From NCBI RefSeq assembly GCF_011745625.1, contig NW_027191452.1, positions 992,001 through 1,056,000 of the forward strand: a stretch of 64,000 nucleotides of DNA, in the 5' to 3' direction. Every line of letters begins with the position of its first letter. Position 1 is the stretch's first letter. Source of the stretch: Cladosporium halotolerans. Lineage: Eukaryota. Positions 11,783 to 24,300 of this stretch are shown in pieces. The translations under genes were made by a program, and so were the position numbers. The notes beneath the pieces are model-generated. The model was given only the letters and a program-made list of their open reading frames with translations. It was not told the origin of the DNA and searched no databases.

Positions 11783-12456
11783 TTTGATGGTGGATGGCGG
11801 CCCGCGAGCAGGCTTTGGCGGCCGAAAGTTAAAGGAAGAACAGAAATGAACAACCAGACGCAGACGGCGTCGTTTGCGTCTGGATGGAAAGATAGCTTGC
11901 TTGGGCTGACGGTGAAATGCAGGGATTCGATTCCAGCCTGCGCACAAGCGACTGGGGAGCGCGTGTGGCGTGCCGCCGGTCAGCGCGCGCTATGTATGCG
12001 CTTGACTTGCAGCTCTGCTTTTCGTCTTTCACTTCATTGGTCCATCTCGTTTGCTGAGAGGAGTGTGCGACCGTCTGCAGTGGCATGCAGTGAGCGTTCG
12101 TTCTTGGACGAAAAAATTTCGTGTTCGCCAGGTTCGTTGCGTGCAGCTACCACCATCCGGAAGTTTGCAGGAACAACGGCTCTCTACTGGAAATCAATGT
12201 TAAGCTTCGCAAATGGCGAAGGTAGCGCGCTATTATATTTGGTAGATCCAGAAGACATTTAAAAGATGTTTCCAAGCATTCCTGACACATTTTCTCTAGA
12301 AACAATCAATAGGGTCTCATTGACCGCATTGTAATTAATTACACAAATGCTTCAAAGTGTGGGATCAGACCTTGCCTCTTGAACCCCTGCTACGTGACCT
12401 ATACAATGGCGAATTCGGCAGAGCTGGCAGGGCGCTGTCTCGCGTACATTCAAGCA

Positions 12457-13701
12457 CTACGCACCTCGCTTCTCAGCCTCCAATTTCCGAGCTCTCTCCT
12501 TGGCCGCCTTCTCGCGCTTGCCCAACTCTGCCTCAATCCCAATTCCACCAAAGACACATGCCACACCAACCCATTGCATTCCGCTAAGGCTGTGCCCAAA
12601 CCAGAGGACCGAGATAATCATGGTCAACATTTTCCTGGTCACAGTGACAGTCACTAAGAATAAAGATCCGAAAATTGACAGGGTGTAGACTGTCGAGCAG
12701 GGATTAGTCAAGCTAGATAGCATGGCACATGAGCAAGAGGGGGACTCACAAATGAAGAGTTGACCGACAGCTCCACAGACTGCGAAGCCGAGAACATCGT
12801 AGAGAATGGTAGGGTGCCTTTGATAGAAGGCAATAGCGCCGTAGAGCTCGCCGGCATTGTTGCCCATGCCCACGTAGGAGCCCAGACCCGTCTGTGCAAT
12901 GTATGGCGAAAGCAAAAGGAAAGCAGAAGTGAAAAGCGTCTGCATGGAGTTCAAAGCGCACATCATCTGCTGACCAGAGTAAGGCTTGAAAGTCGCATTG
13001 ATGTCATCCTGGGTTGAGTTCGTGAGGCCATCAAAGAGGAGGTTGATACCGAGCAGCATCAATCCGTAGGTCGAGTTACCGCTCTGACTGCCCTTCTTCT
13101 TTGAACCCGCTGGTTGATGCAAAGTGAAGATTGCCACGCCAGCTGTCACTAGCGCGACCACGGCGTATTTGTAGAAGGGGTACTTGCGTCGGTACAGAGT
13201 GACATGAAGGAACATGACCGGTAGAAGCTTGCAGGATTTGGCAAGGATAAATGTAATGTAGTCGACGTGAGCCAAGCTGGCATATCCAAACGGCGAGGAG
13301 AGGGACGATGTCAAAGAGACAAGCGCCAAAGGCCAGAAGATCTTCTTTGAAGGGAAGATAGGCTTGTCCGACGGTGACGTCCGGGTCTTCGCGGTGTAGA
13401 GCCATCCCAGAATCGCCGCGAATAATGACTGAATGGTGTTCACGACCACAGGAAATCTGAAAACTTCGGGATTTGCCTCGGTGCCATAGTTTGTCGTCGT
13501 GATTCTTTCTTGAAGAACACCCCAAGTCAAGAAAGCGGCATAAATTCCCGAAACGCAGATGACCAGATTCACAAGGCTTCCGCTGGATTTACTGTCTTCG
13601 GTTTGGGAGAGTGCAGCATTTTGCTTGTTTGATTTGAGATTGCCAGTCGTGGGCTCGGGCGCTTTGCCATTTCGTTGACGAAGACTGCCGTTGGCAGCCA
13701 T
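12457..13701 (-). CDS. HUT1: UDP-galactose transporter homolog 1 (UAA family, SLC35B1-like); one intron 12749-12690
   Basis: Motifs GIYAAFLTWGVLQERI, LAKSCKLLPVM, LLFDGLTNSTQD and VTVTRKMLT. Multiple TM helices. GTGAGT..CAG intron. Confidence 0.93.
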   Translation of the reverse strand: MAANGSLRQRNGKAPEPTTGNLKSNKQNAALSQTEDSKSSGSLVNLVICVSGIYAAFLTWGVLQERITTTNYGTEANPEVFRFPVVVNTIQSLFAAILGWLYTAKTRTSPSDKPIFPSKKIFWPLALVSLTSSLSSPFGYASLAHVDYITFILAKSCKLLPVMFLHVTLYRRKYPFYKYAVVALVTAGVAIFTLHQPAGSKKKGSQSGNSTYGLMLLGINLLFDGLTNSTQDDINATFKPYSGQQMMCALNSMQTLFTSAFLLLSPYIAQTGLGSYVGMGNNAGELYGAIAFYQRHPTILYDVLGFAVCGAVGQLFICESPSCSCAMLSSLTNPCSTVYTLSIFGSLFLVTVTVTRKMLTMIISVLWFGHSLSGMQWVGVACVFGGIGIEAELGKREKAAKERARKLEAEKRGA

Positions 13702-13884
13702 ATCCCCCTGGCGGACCTCGGTTTATGCGCGCGGATTCCTCGGTCTTCCGTCGTGGCTATCAACAGCAAAGAAAAGGGTGAGATAAGATGCAGTGAAGTG
13801 AGTGACGGTGCCGATTGCAGGCTTGTAATGAACTTGAAAAAGGAGTGGTGATCGGTCGTATTTAAATTTGAATGGTCGAGTGAA

Positions 13885-13912
13885 TTCCGGCCGCAAGCTT
13901 CCGGCCGCAAGC
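13885..13912. repeat. Tandem duplication 2 x 14 bp (TTCCGGCCGCAAGC) upstream of HUT1
   Basis: Copies at 13885-13898 and 13899-13912. Confidence 0.9.
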
Positions 13913-14282
13913 TGTCACCTCGAATCCGAAACGTCGTGCTGAAAGCTGCGTCCTCATTGGCCCCACACGCTTGCGTGCTTTCTGAGACCCCCTGATAGAA
14001 CAATAATGAGGACTATGCCGCAGTCAAAAATGGAGGCTTGAGAGATGGCATGTGCATAGCTATTGTGTTCGTCAAAGTCTTCCGCTCTACATTTCACGTT
14101 ATGTATAGCAACTTGAAGGAGAAAGAAATGGAGCCGCAGGCTCTAGTGGTATCTCTACTCCTGCCCCCTCAACCTGTCAATGCCAATGCCAATGCCACCG
14201 CCCTTGCGCAAATCCTCGAGCTATGCACACGAACCCAACTCATACGTCTGCATGTGTGCGCAGGTGCATGTCATCGATGCAA

Positions 14283-15216
14283 CTAAAAAGTCTCCTCTTC
14301 CCCTGCAAACTCTCCGTCGGCATCCTGGGGGATCTCAAAGCCCTCCTGTGAAGGAATGTCAGTGCGCCGTAATCTTGTCAGTGCCTAGAGTGCCTCAAAA
14401 GCCTGACTTACCTCGGTCGAGTAGAGGATGGTTTGGATTTGCTTGAGCAAGCTGCCCTCATCCTCCTCGAGCGACGGATCCGCTTCCATAGCTTGCTGAA
14501 TGAGCAGCTCGATGTCTCTCAGCTTGCTGAAGTAGAAATCGCGTTCGCGCTCAAGCCCTTGTACTGTCTCCATCAACTCTGTGTTCTTTGCCTGGAGAGC
14601 CGCACTTGCAGCACCACCAGCGCCAGCCTGACGGCTTGCGGTTCTAGGTGCGGCAGCAGACGCAGCCGGCCTGCGCGCCGCGCTAGTTGTAGTTGATGCC
14701 CTAGCAGATCCCATGCTTGGGGGTGCTGCGGCGGCAGCACCCTTTCGCCGGCCAACGGCATCGTAGTCACCGCCCGGGTAATACTGGTCCCAATATCTCT
14801 TGGTCCACTGCAGAAATTCGAGGTTGTCCTGCATCTTACACTTCACCAGAGATTCGGTCGGGAGGGGGCGGTCGACGGCATGTTTGCGAAAGACATTGGA
14901 GAGGATTTTGAAGTTTTCGAGGTACTGGTATTCGCTGGTCGCGTTGAACTTGACACGGCTCATGGGAACATCTAGAAAGATGCTGTCGTAAATTTGGCAG
15001 AGGGCGGACCTGCGGGAGACGCCTTGTTAGCAGGTTGCTCCTACAGCAGGGTGAAAGGCATCGCTTACCCAGTACCACACTGTTCGACTTTGGTCAAGTT
15101 GAGCTGCAGCAGCCCGTTAAGCCAAGCCAGAAGCTCCTGTCTGAAATTCGAAAAGCGTCAATTTGGATCTATCTAATCGAGGAGATGCGGCTGCATCAAT
15201 ACCTTGACTCGCCCAT
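14283..15216 (-). CDS. BIM1: EB1-family microtubule plus-end binding protein (Bim1/Mal3), 4 exons
   Basis: MGESR|QELLAWLN..KVEQCGTG|SALCQIYDS..CH domain with KMQDNLEFLQW. EBH domain LERERDFYFSKLRDIE. Last exon EGFEIP..EEETF* gives the EEY/F-type tail. Confidence 0.96.
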
Positions 15217-17038
15217 GTTGAGGTATGCGCCTGAGATTCCTCGCTTTTGCGGGAGCTTTGATGACGGAGATTCTCTTTGTCGTCGCTTGAAGTCTACCAG
15301 AAGATACTGGGCTGTGGTAATTTGTCTGGGTGCAGCAGAGAGGAAGTCGAGCGTTTTAGGCGGTGTTTGTTGACGAGCAGTGCCTGTAGTTTCCAGACCC
15401 CGCCGAAGCGGGCGTTTCTTGTGCTGGCGCAGGACCAGGCACAGCTCAGTACGTATCAGCACGGTCAAGAACTTGGGCAGCGCCACAGCTGGAGATCAGC
15501 CACGCCCGGCCACGCTGTTGTACCTTCTTTTGTTATCAAAAGTACTGATGATGTGTCGGATCACCAGAACGCAGAGATGCCTTGAATACACGCAAATTCG
15601 AACGTGGCGCGCCTTTTACTGGTTTTACCAGAGCTTTTGTCCGTCCAATATTGGTTTCGAGACACGTACGATTGCAATGCTTGCTGCTTCCACCGGGGCA
15701 CCACTTCGATGATGAGGACGGGGAAGGTAGGTGTGATTGTGCCTGGCAACGAGCGTTTTGCTTCGCTCCTCAATGGCAATCACTTCTGATTGTAAGTCTA
15801 GAGAAGCTGGTGGTAGGGCTCGAGTGCCCATCCGATATACCCTAGGTTCGGGCTGAGCTATCATTAAAGCCCGCCCGTAGCCTTTGAAGGACATCTCGAG
15901 GCTGCGTCCACGAACCTTACTTGCCTCTCGGTCACGATACGGAACAGTCAATGACGAGATATCCTCGCCTCTACGCGTTGAAGATTGATTTTCCATCCGG
16001 AGACTATGGACGATGCGAACATCCAGATACCTCATCTTGAGCAGTAGACCAGCGAAGTTGCACTCATCCTTGATTGTGCGCAAAATCGTGGAACTGCGGA
16101 GAATGCGGGATGCCTGCGATTGTGTAGCATCAATGCGCTTTGGAATCAGGTGGCGACTCGCCGGCTTCGGCAGTGAATTAGGCGCGTCGCGCGAACCGGC
16201 GGCAACGTGACGCCGCAAAATTACACGATTATACCACCCTTCTATCAAGAGGCGACATTTTCTCGACCCTGAGACCGAAGCCTCGGAGCGAAATGGACCG
16301 TGTTTCGCCCGGTGGGCCGCCGTCTCGAACATGTGTGGTTGGAAGGCGGTTTTCCGTAGCGCCCGGGCACGCACCCGTCGGCCATCACCGAAAATGGGCA
16401 GTCCCTCCGCGAAGAACAGGGTCTCACACGGCCAGACGAGCTCTGCCCGCGGACACTGTAAGGCTGTATGTTTCACTCAATACGAGCAGACTCGTCAAGC
16501 AGTGCTGCCGAGCATCCGTGGTGTGCGCAGTGAACATGAGCAGGGCAAGCAATATTCAAGACTTTGTCAAGGTCAGCCAAGCCGGTAGGCGGCCTTGTCA
16601 CACTGTGCGCGACAAGCTTAACCAGGCTCGCCAGGGACGTGGCGCGATGCGGCGTTGCATCGGGTGATGCTTAGCCCTTCTAGATGCATGGCACTCTAAA
16701 CCTAAAATTTGCAGATTATCTCGTCTGCAGAGCCTCATGATTCGTGGTTCACACGGCCGACCCTCGCACCGCTGCTCTAGCCTGTGGAGACCAGCCCACA
16801 TTCGCGTGGTCTCCGACCACAGGGCACAGATAACGGCAGCGGAGGGCACATCGGTTACCGAGGGAGGCAGGTCGTCGGCGGCCTCGCTCGACTCCGGGAG
16901 CGCGGGGGGAGAGTAATAGAAATGTAAGTACGGTTGCCGCCCAGTCATCCTCCTTCTCTTGTTGCTGTTGTTCTACCGCTCTCCTGCACGCACTGCACCT
17001 CCGCTCTTCCTCTTTCTTCGAGGTCCACATTGAGCAAC

Positions 17039-19026
17039 ATGGCGCAGAACCACGAGGATACCGCAGCAGAGCTGCACGCTTCCATCCAGCAACGCGCCCC
17101 CTCTGTGGACGAGAAGAAGCAACAGCCGGAAGATGCCACTGGAGCTCCTTTGCCTGTTGTCGAGAAGGGCGCATTCGAGGACACGGAGGCTGGATCTGCT
17201 ATTGATGGTGAGGAGCCGTCTGAGCACGAAAAGAAGACTCTGCGTCGGATAGGCGACAAGTTCCCTGCTTCGGCCTACTTGATTGCAGTCGTCGAGTTGT
17301 GCGAACGTTTTACCTGTAGGCTTCCTTTCCATCTCATTGGAGGAATCTCCCACTAACTAGTAGCATAGACTACGGCTGCCAAGGTCTGTTCCAGAACTAC
17401 ATTAGCCACCACCCTGACGGACGCGATGGGCCTCGTGGCCTTGGTCTCGGCCACGCCGGTGCCACGGGTCTCAACACCTTCTTCCAATTCTTCTGCTACA
17501 TCACGCCTATTCTCGGTGCCATCATTGCCGATCAGTACCTTGGAAAGTACAACACGATCTTGGTTTTCGCCGGTATCTACTGGGTTGGACTGATCATCCT
17601 TTGGACAACTTCTCTGCCGGTCGCCATCGAGCATGGCGCTGCGCTCGGTGGATATGTCGCCGCCATCATCGTCATCGGATTCGGAACCGGTGGCATCAAG
17701 TCCAACATTGCACCGCTCATTGCCGATCAGTACACCCGTAAGAAAATGGCGATCACTACAATTGCGAAGACCGGCGAGCGCGTCATCATCGATCCCGCGA
17801 TCACTTTCCAGAGGATCTACATGATGTTCTATGCTTGCATCAACGTCGGCTGCCTGTCTCTTCTCGCCACGCCGTTCATGGAGCAGTACGAGGGTTTCTG
17901 GACTGCATACCTCATGTGCTTCTGCATGTTCTGCATCGGTGTGGTCGTTTTGGTCCTTTCCAAGAAATACTATATCGTCAGGCCTCCTCAGGGCTCAGTC
18001 ATTACCGACGCTTTCAAGGCTATCGGTCTCATGATTGTGGCTCGTGACACCAACGCTGCTAAGCCATCTTGGCGCGAGGCCAACGGCAAGGTGAAGCCCG
18101 TCCCTTGGAACGATCACTTTGTGGAAGAGCTGAAGAGAGCTCTGCGTGCATGCAAAGTGTTTGCTTGTGAGTTGTCTTAAATGCCGAATGTCGGGTTGAA
18201 TTTGTATGCTGACGGAGTCAAACAGTCTACCCTATCTTCTGGGTTTGCTACTCTCAATTCTCTTCCAACTTTGTCTCTCAGGCTGGTCAAATGGAGGGAC
18301 ATGGCATGCCGAACGACTTGATGCAAAACTTTGATCGTGAGTTAAATCAGCCATCGCCTGGTTGACTTGCATTGCTTACAATCTCGCAGCCATCTCTATC
18401 ATCGTTTTCATTCCCATTCTGGACCGTGTCGTCTACCCGATCCTGCGCAAGATGAAGATCGAGCTCAAGCCCATCGCGCGCATTACCATCGGTTTCTTCC
18501 TGGCTTCTCTCTGTCTGATGTACGCTGCGATCGTGCAGCACATCATCTACAGCGCTGGACCCTGCTACGGATCGCCTGGCAACTGCCCTGCTGGCATGGA
18601 CGGAACCAGCTCGTTGCCCAACCATGTTCACATCGCCGTACAGACGCCTGCATACGTCTTTATCGGCCTGGCTGAAATCTTCATTTCTGGTAAGTCCCAC
18701 AGAGAACTTGCCTCTCGAGCGCATGTACTGACTTCGACGCAGTGACTGGTCTCGAATACGCCTACACCAAGGCCCCGCCCAGCATGAAGTCCTTCGTGCA
18801 ATCTCTCTACCTCTTCACCTCCGCCATTGGCTCCGCCATCAGCGAGGCTCTCGTTCCCGCCACTGGCGATCCCGCCATCATGTGGATGTACACTGGCGTC
18901 TGCATCGCTGCGGCCCTGACTGGTGTGATCTTCTATGGCATCTTCCACCACTACGACGCCCAGGAGGCGAAGATGAACGAGCTGGACGCCTACGAGCCTA
19001 ACGGCAACGAGAAGCAAGTCGATTGA
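17039..19026 (+). CDS. PTR2: Proton-dependent oligopeptide transporter (POT/PTR family), 5 exons
   Basis: ELCERFT|YYG (ExxERFxYYG motif), GAIIADQYLG, GTGGIKSN, EYAYTKAPPSMKS. Introns at about 17316-17368, 18167-18225, 18337-18389 and 18690-18742. Confidence 0.94.
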
Positions 19027-19839
19027 AATTGATCGAGCATTGATGGTGTGATGACTGTACAGTAGCAAATATAAATGAGTTCAAGACTTCCTAGACGACA
19101 TTGTCAAATCAGTGCTCCCGTTCAAAGCTGAAGTCGAGCCGCGTAGTCGTCGTAGTCAAGTCGTCGACCCTGCAGACTCTTAGGTGCACCGACCACGCCG
19201 GCTGCGTGCGATAGAAGGGATCTCAAAGTCGACATCATCCGACACACAGAGCCTCTATCTGTCCTAGCAACACTTGGACATACAGTGGAGCTCGTATCCC
19301 CAACCCCCAGAGTTGCATGTGGAGCAGCCGACCCGTCTCGCTTGTCGATCTCGGTTCTCACAATCCGTCGGTTAAATGGCCCAGGAAACGTCGGGTCGGA
19401 CTCATTCCTTGCCGCGTATGACGACTGGCGCGTAAACGATGTAATGCCCGTGGGGTACTGTAGCATTTGAATAAAACACAGCGCTCAGATGCATAAATCG
19501 CATAAACCCAACTCTTGGTTCGGCATCCACCCCGCCCCGGAAGCTTCCCACACTGCCTTCCGGAAGGATTCAAGATATAGTTGGCGCTCACCCGTTAGTG
19601 CTGCTTAGGCATATTTTACGGCCGCAGGGCGTACGGAAGATTGTATGTATGGCCTGGGAAATGTGGCGTCGCTCGTGATGAGCGAGCTCTAGAACACCTC
19701 GTCGCGTGCTGCCTCGGCGCGGGATTCTGGCCTGTGTACCTACAGGTGGAGTCGAATGTCCCAGCTGATAAAGCACAGGCATCTGTCTACTGTATAGAAT
19801 CCAGCGTTCCTCGACAACCCGAGCGATAAGATACTCGCG

Positions 19840-20855
19840 ATGCCTTTCACACTCGATCCAGATGTTGCAGCCGCGCTCGCCGCAGCTTTCCCAAACGGCC
19901 GTCCGGCCCCGTTGCCTGTATGATGAAGTAGGAACCCTTGTACACGGTCCTGTCCCTGACCAGGTTGTAGGTCGGTGATGTCGCGGCAAGGCGGCAAAGG
20001 CAGAACGCGATTTTCGACGGCCTCGCCTCCAGCTTCCCAGTCACCCCGAGCGTGCAGACAAAGGACTTCAGAGCGAAAGCCGAGGACGGCTACGAGATCC
20101 TGCTGCGGTGGTACTTCAAAGCCGGCTCCGATGCATCCTCCAAGGGCCCTGCGATCCTGCACATCCACGGTGGCGGCATGATTGGGCTGTCCGTGGAGAT
20201 ACTCGACGCCTTCCCTAAAGTCTACGTCGCGCAGACAGGCGTGCCCATGCTGAGCGTCGATTACCGCCTCGCACCCGAAGTGAAAGCCCCTGTTCCGATG
20301 AAGGACTGCTACGCCGGCCTCGAGTTCCTTGTCGCGCATGCGGACGAGCTGGGCGTCGACACCAGCCGCATCGCGGTCATGGGCGAGTCTGCAGGCGGCG
20401 GACTGGCCGCTTCGCTCACGCACTACGCCAAAGCCAAGGGCGGTCCGGCAATATGCAAGCAGGTTCTCGTCTACCCGATGCTGGACGACCGTACTCAAAC
20501 CATCGATCGGAACACAGCCCCGTATCTCATGTGGGACGTCAACGACAACATCACCGGCTGGCAGGCTATGCTCGGCGATGCAGCGGGAGGCCCTGATGTG
20601 CCTGCCATCCACGCGCCCGCACGCATGACAGTCGAAGAGGCGATCGGCCTACCACCTACGTACGTGGACGTGGGGCAGCTGGACTTGTTCCGCGACGAGG
20701 ACCTTGAGTACGTGCGGAAGCTCGGGCTGGCCGGCGTGGACGTGACCTTCCACTTGTATCCTGGCATGCCTCATGCCTTCGAGAGCATTGCCAAGGATGC
20801 GAAGACCACGAGATTTGCGATGGAGCAGAGAGTCAAGGCTCTCACGAGTTTCTAG
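19840..20855 (+). CDS. Alpha/beta hydrolase, HSL/GDXG esterase family (exons 19840-19917, 19971-20855)
   Basis: HIHGGG oxyanion motif, VDYRLAPE, GESAGG nucleophile elbow, DLFRDE and HAFE. GTATGA..CTGAC..TAG intron keeps the frame. Confidence 0.92.
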
Positions 20856-21379
20856 ATGATTTACAGTGGGAATAAACAGACCAGACGGCAGAGTCAGTTG
20901 AACAGATCTGTTCCGAGATCACAATCGCAATGGTGGTGACTATCAGGAAACTCCGATACACATATTTATGGGGATTTGCCTTTACACGCATCTCAATGGC
21001 CAAGGGATACTTCTGTCGCTTGATGTCGCTTACAGTAGCTTTGAGAGTAGCTTTGAGCTCGCAGAGAGAAAACTTACTGATAGTCTCTCATCGATGCGTA
21101 TCGTGACCAATGTCAACCGCCCGAGCTGAATGATGCCACAAGAAGGATATAAAACAGCAATTCGAATGCCTCTGGATAACGTGGCTGTTCATGTAAAAAT
21201 TCTAGGAACTGGTCCCGGCATCTAAGCTCCACAACCGATCAAGGACCAAGACTGCAGCTTCGCATGCCTCTTGCCTGCACAGGGCCTGCTTGGAACGCCA
21301 TTCTACACGAGATCCCACTACGTATCTGCATGAACCACCTACCTTCCAGCACAATCCCTCAGTCCACGTCTCATCCCTT

Positions 21380-24300
21380 TCAAGCTACATTGGTAGGTGC
21401 AGCCACACCTCTAGGAATCACACCTGGCGTCGCGGATCCCGGCAGGGCCTCAGATGTGATCAGTGGCTCGTCTACATCGCGCATTCCACCCAAGCCGCCA
21501 GCCTTAACCGGATAGTGATAAGGCGGGCCAGACACGGCACGAGGCTCAACGCGGGCGGACTCCGGACAATTCTCAGGCATCGTGAGAGTAGTCGCAGGCG
21601 CCTGGTTCGGGCAGACTGCTTGCCCGCAGACTTCTCGAGCCGGGAACACCAGCTGCCCGCCGGCGGCCCTGAAGCACCGGCACGCGTCGGCTTTGACGCC
21701 CTTTTCCCCGTCTTTGCGGTTTTGGATCAGAGTGCAGGGCCCGAGGTCGGTGTTCACGGGCACTGGGCATTTGCAGGTGGCCAGGACGGGTTTTGGCTGT
21801 TCAGTCGTGAGGTCGGAGCCATGAGTGTCTTGGGCAGAGCTGGTCGGTCTCGGCGCGTGTGACTCGAATGACGTGCCGCCATTCGGACACGCGGTCGTGC
21901 CGCAGATGGTAGTAGCCCAGACAGCTTGAGACTCCTTCTGAGACTCGCAGGAGCAAGACCACCGGACGTCAGGAGGGCTGCTACGCCTTTTAAGCCTGGC
22001 CGACTGCGCGGCCGAAGCTTCGTCTTTCAGTGATCTCGCGGGGTCCATGAAGTCGTCGCCGTGCTGCGAGGGCTCGGGGAGGTCGATCTGCGTCAGCAGT
22101 GATTTTGCGGGATCGATGAAATCGTCCATTGGTTCCGAGCTGGTGGTGGTAGGCGGAAGTGAGTTGGATGTGGGAGGGTGTGTTGTTTTCCGGCTGAAGG
22201 GTACTTCGGGAACCACAATAGTACACTTCCCCAGACCGGCGCTCATAGGTAGCATGCAGTGGGCACGGCGGTCTTCAGAGGTCGTCGAGGTGCCGCTAGA
22301 AGACGCTACGGTCAACGAGTGGTTTCGCGAGTGCGGCATGCCGGAAGGCGAAGAGGTTCGCGAATGTGTGCTCGAGGTCATGTTGCCCTGCGAATGGGTC
22401 GAACCAGCTTTCGTGGTATTACGTCGCGAAGAGGGTCTGATCCCGTTCTCGCCCTGGTTGTCGTCAATCTGCATGGTGATGTTGGTGCCAATGGGACAGG
22501 AACCCCCAAAATCGCCTTCCTCGCCTTGGCCGAGGTTCTCCAGATCGTTAATCAAATTTGCAGTCAGATTTGCGCCACGAAACCCGCAAGAAGGCACGGT
22601 CATAGTTGCATTCTCCAGGGCACCCAGAGACTCATCGCCTTGAATCAATGTGTTGTTCAACGGGCAGGACTCGGCGCGCACGGCACCATCCTCGGCGCCA
22701 TCTGGTCCTTGAATCAGCGTCGCGTTCGACGCAGGGCACGACAGCGTGGCATTATCATCAGGCATGGTGCCATTCCGTGATTTGCAGGCCTGCTGTTCAG
22801 AGCTCCCTTGATCATCATCGATCGAAGGCGTTGTGCCGCTGAAAAGCGGACAGGTCCCGTTATCCAGTTTCCCATCCCGGCCCTGGTCGTCAAGCACACT
22901 GACTTCTGCCCCTGGACAGGTCTCGTTCTTGGGCTTCTCGGGTGGCAGTGTGCCAAACTCGCCTTGCGGATCTCCCGGCGAGATAGTGACCATAGCCTGG
23001 CATGCCTCATCTACAATCGACGTCGTACTCGCGAGGACTGCACAGCCTTTGACGACCGAGCTGACGGTCTTCGTACACGGTGTGAACGTCGACCCGCCAG
23101 AGACAGACAGCGTACAGTATTTGGTGAGCTCGGTCGCCGTCGCAGTAGCTGAGCAGCTGTCATAATCCGTTGTAGTGGTAGCCATGACATCGCAGCCTTT
23201 TGTGGTATGCTTCTTCGTGCTGGTGCACGTCGTCCGGGCCAGCGGCATGGTGGATTTGTTTCCCATCATGCCGAATTGCGTGAAGATGTTGCACAAAGCA
23301 GTGACATCTGTCACAGTCCGGGTCTCGCATTCGCTTTTTGAACTCTCAGAGGCAGTTGGTGAATCGGACAGGAAGGGTACAGATCCCGTGGGCTTCGGAT
23401 GTTCTGACTCTTCGAGAAACGTCGGTTTTGGCCTATGGGAGGGTTCGGGAGTAGGGCGCTTTGGATCTTCCGGGTCTTCTGGATCTTCGGGCTCATCTGG
23501 ATCCTTGGGGTCTTCATCAGGATGCTCAGGATCCTTAGGTTCGTTCGAATCCTCAGGATCTTTGGGATCATCCCCACCAGGCGGAGGCTTCCCACCAGGC
23601 GGCTTAGGCGGTTTGGGCGGTTTCCCTCCACCGCCTCCTCCACCTCCACCTCCGCAACCAATCAAGCATATTTTCAAATCGCACAGCGGGCCTAAGCACC
23701 CTCCGCCACGGGGCACGATAATGTCGCACAGAGGACTATGGCAGCCCAGGTCGAGGCGCCACTCAAGAGGCGGACCAGGCAACCCGCAGGCGCCGCAGAC
23801 CCTTCCACCTGGGTGGTCGCGCGAGAAGCCGGCGATGAAGGGGCCTGCGGTGGGAGCGGGCCAGAGGGCATAAGGGCAATTTGATGTGGTTGTTGCTGGC
23901 GGGAAGACGACGGAGGTGGGAAGGAAGCTTTGCCCTTTGAGGTCCCAGCAGGAGCCGAAGCTTTTGCGGCAGCCTTTGTCGAGCGCGCAGGATTCTTGGT
24001 TGGTGCCGCTGGCGAGGCGTCAGTGGGGAATCGAGGGGAAGGGATGGATTCGACTCACCATGTGCCGTTGGCACTGCAACATTGCATATCGGGGCAGCTC
24101 TTCATGGCATCTGGCCCACACATGCCACCATTTCCGACTGGATACTTCTGTTTTGGACAGACGGTGCCAGAAGGCATTGCCACATTGCAGGAGTCGGTCG
24201 GATAGAGCGGAGCTACTTTCATCGTCTTGTCTGGAGCTCCGCTTGACATGGATCCCACAGCGATCGGTTGTAGCCCCAGCTCTGTCACAACCGCTGAAGG

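Noticed and set aside
11915..11945. TTCGATTCC resembling a tRNA T-loop/B-box
   Set aside because: No cloverleaf stems or A-box could be built around it.
15625..16476. 283-aa ORF between BIM1 and PTR2 (also 4509-5108, 524-1105 and 26172-26384)
   Set aside because: No recognisable motifs or codon bias. Consistent with chance ORFs in intergenic DNA.
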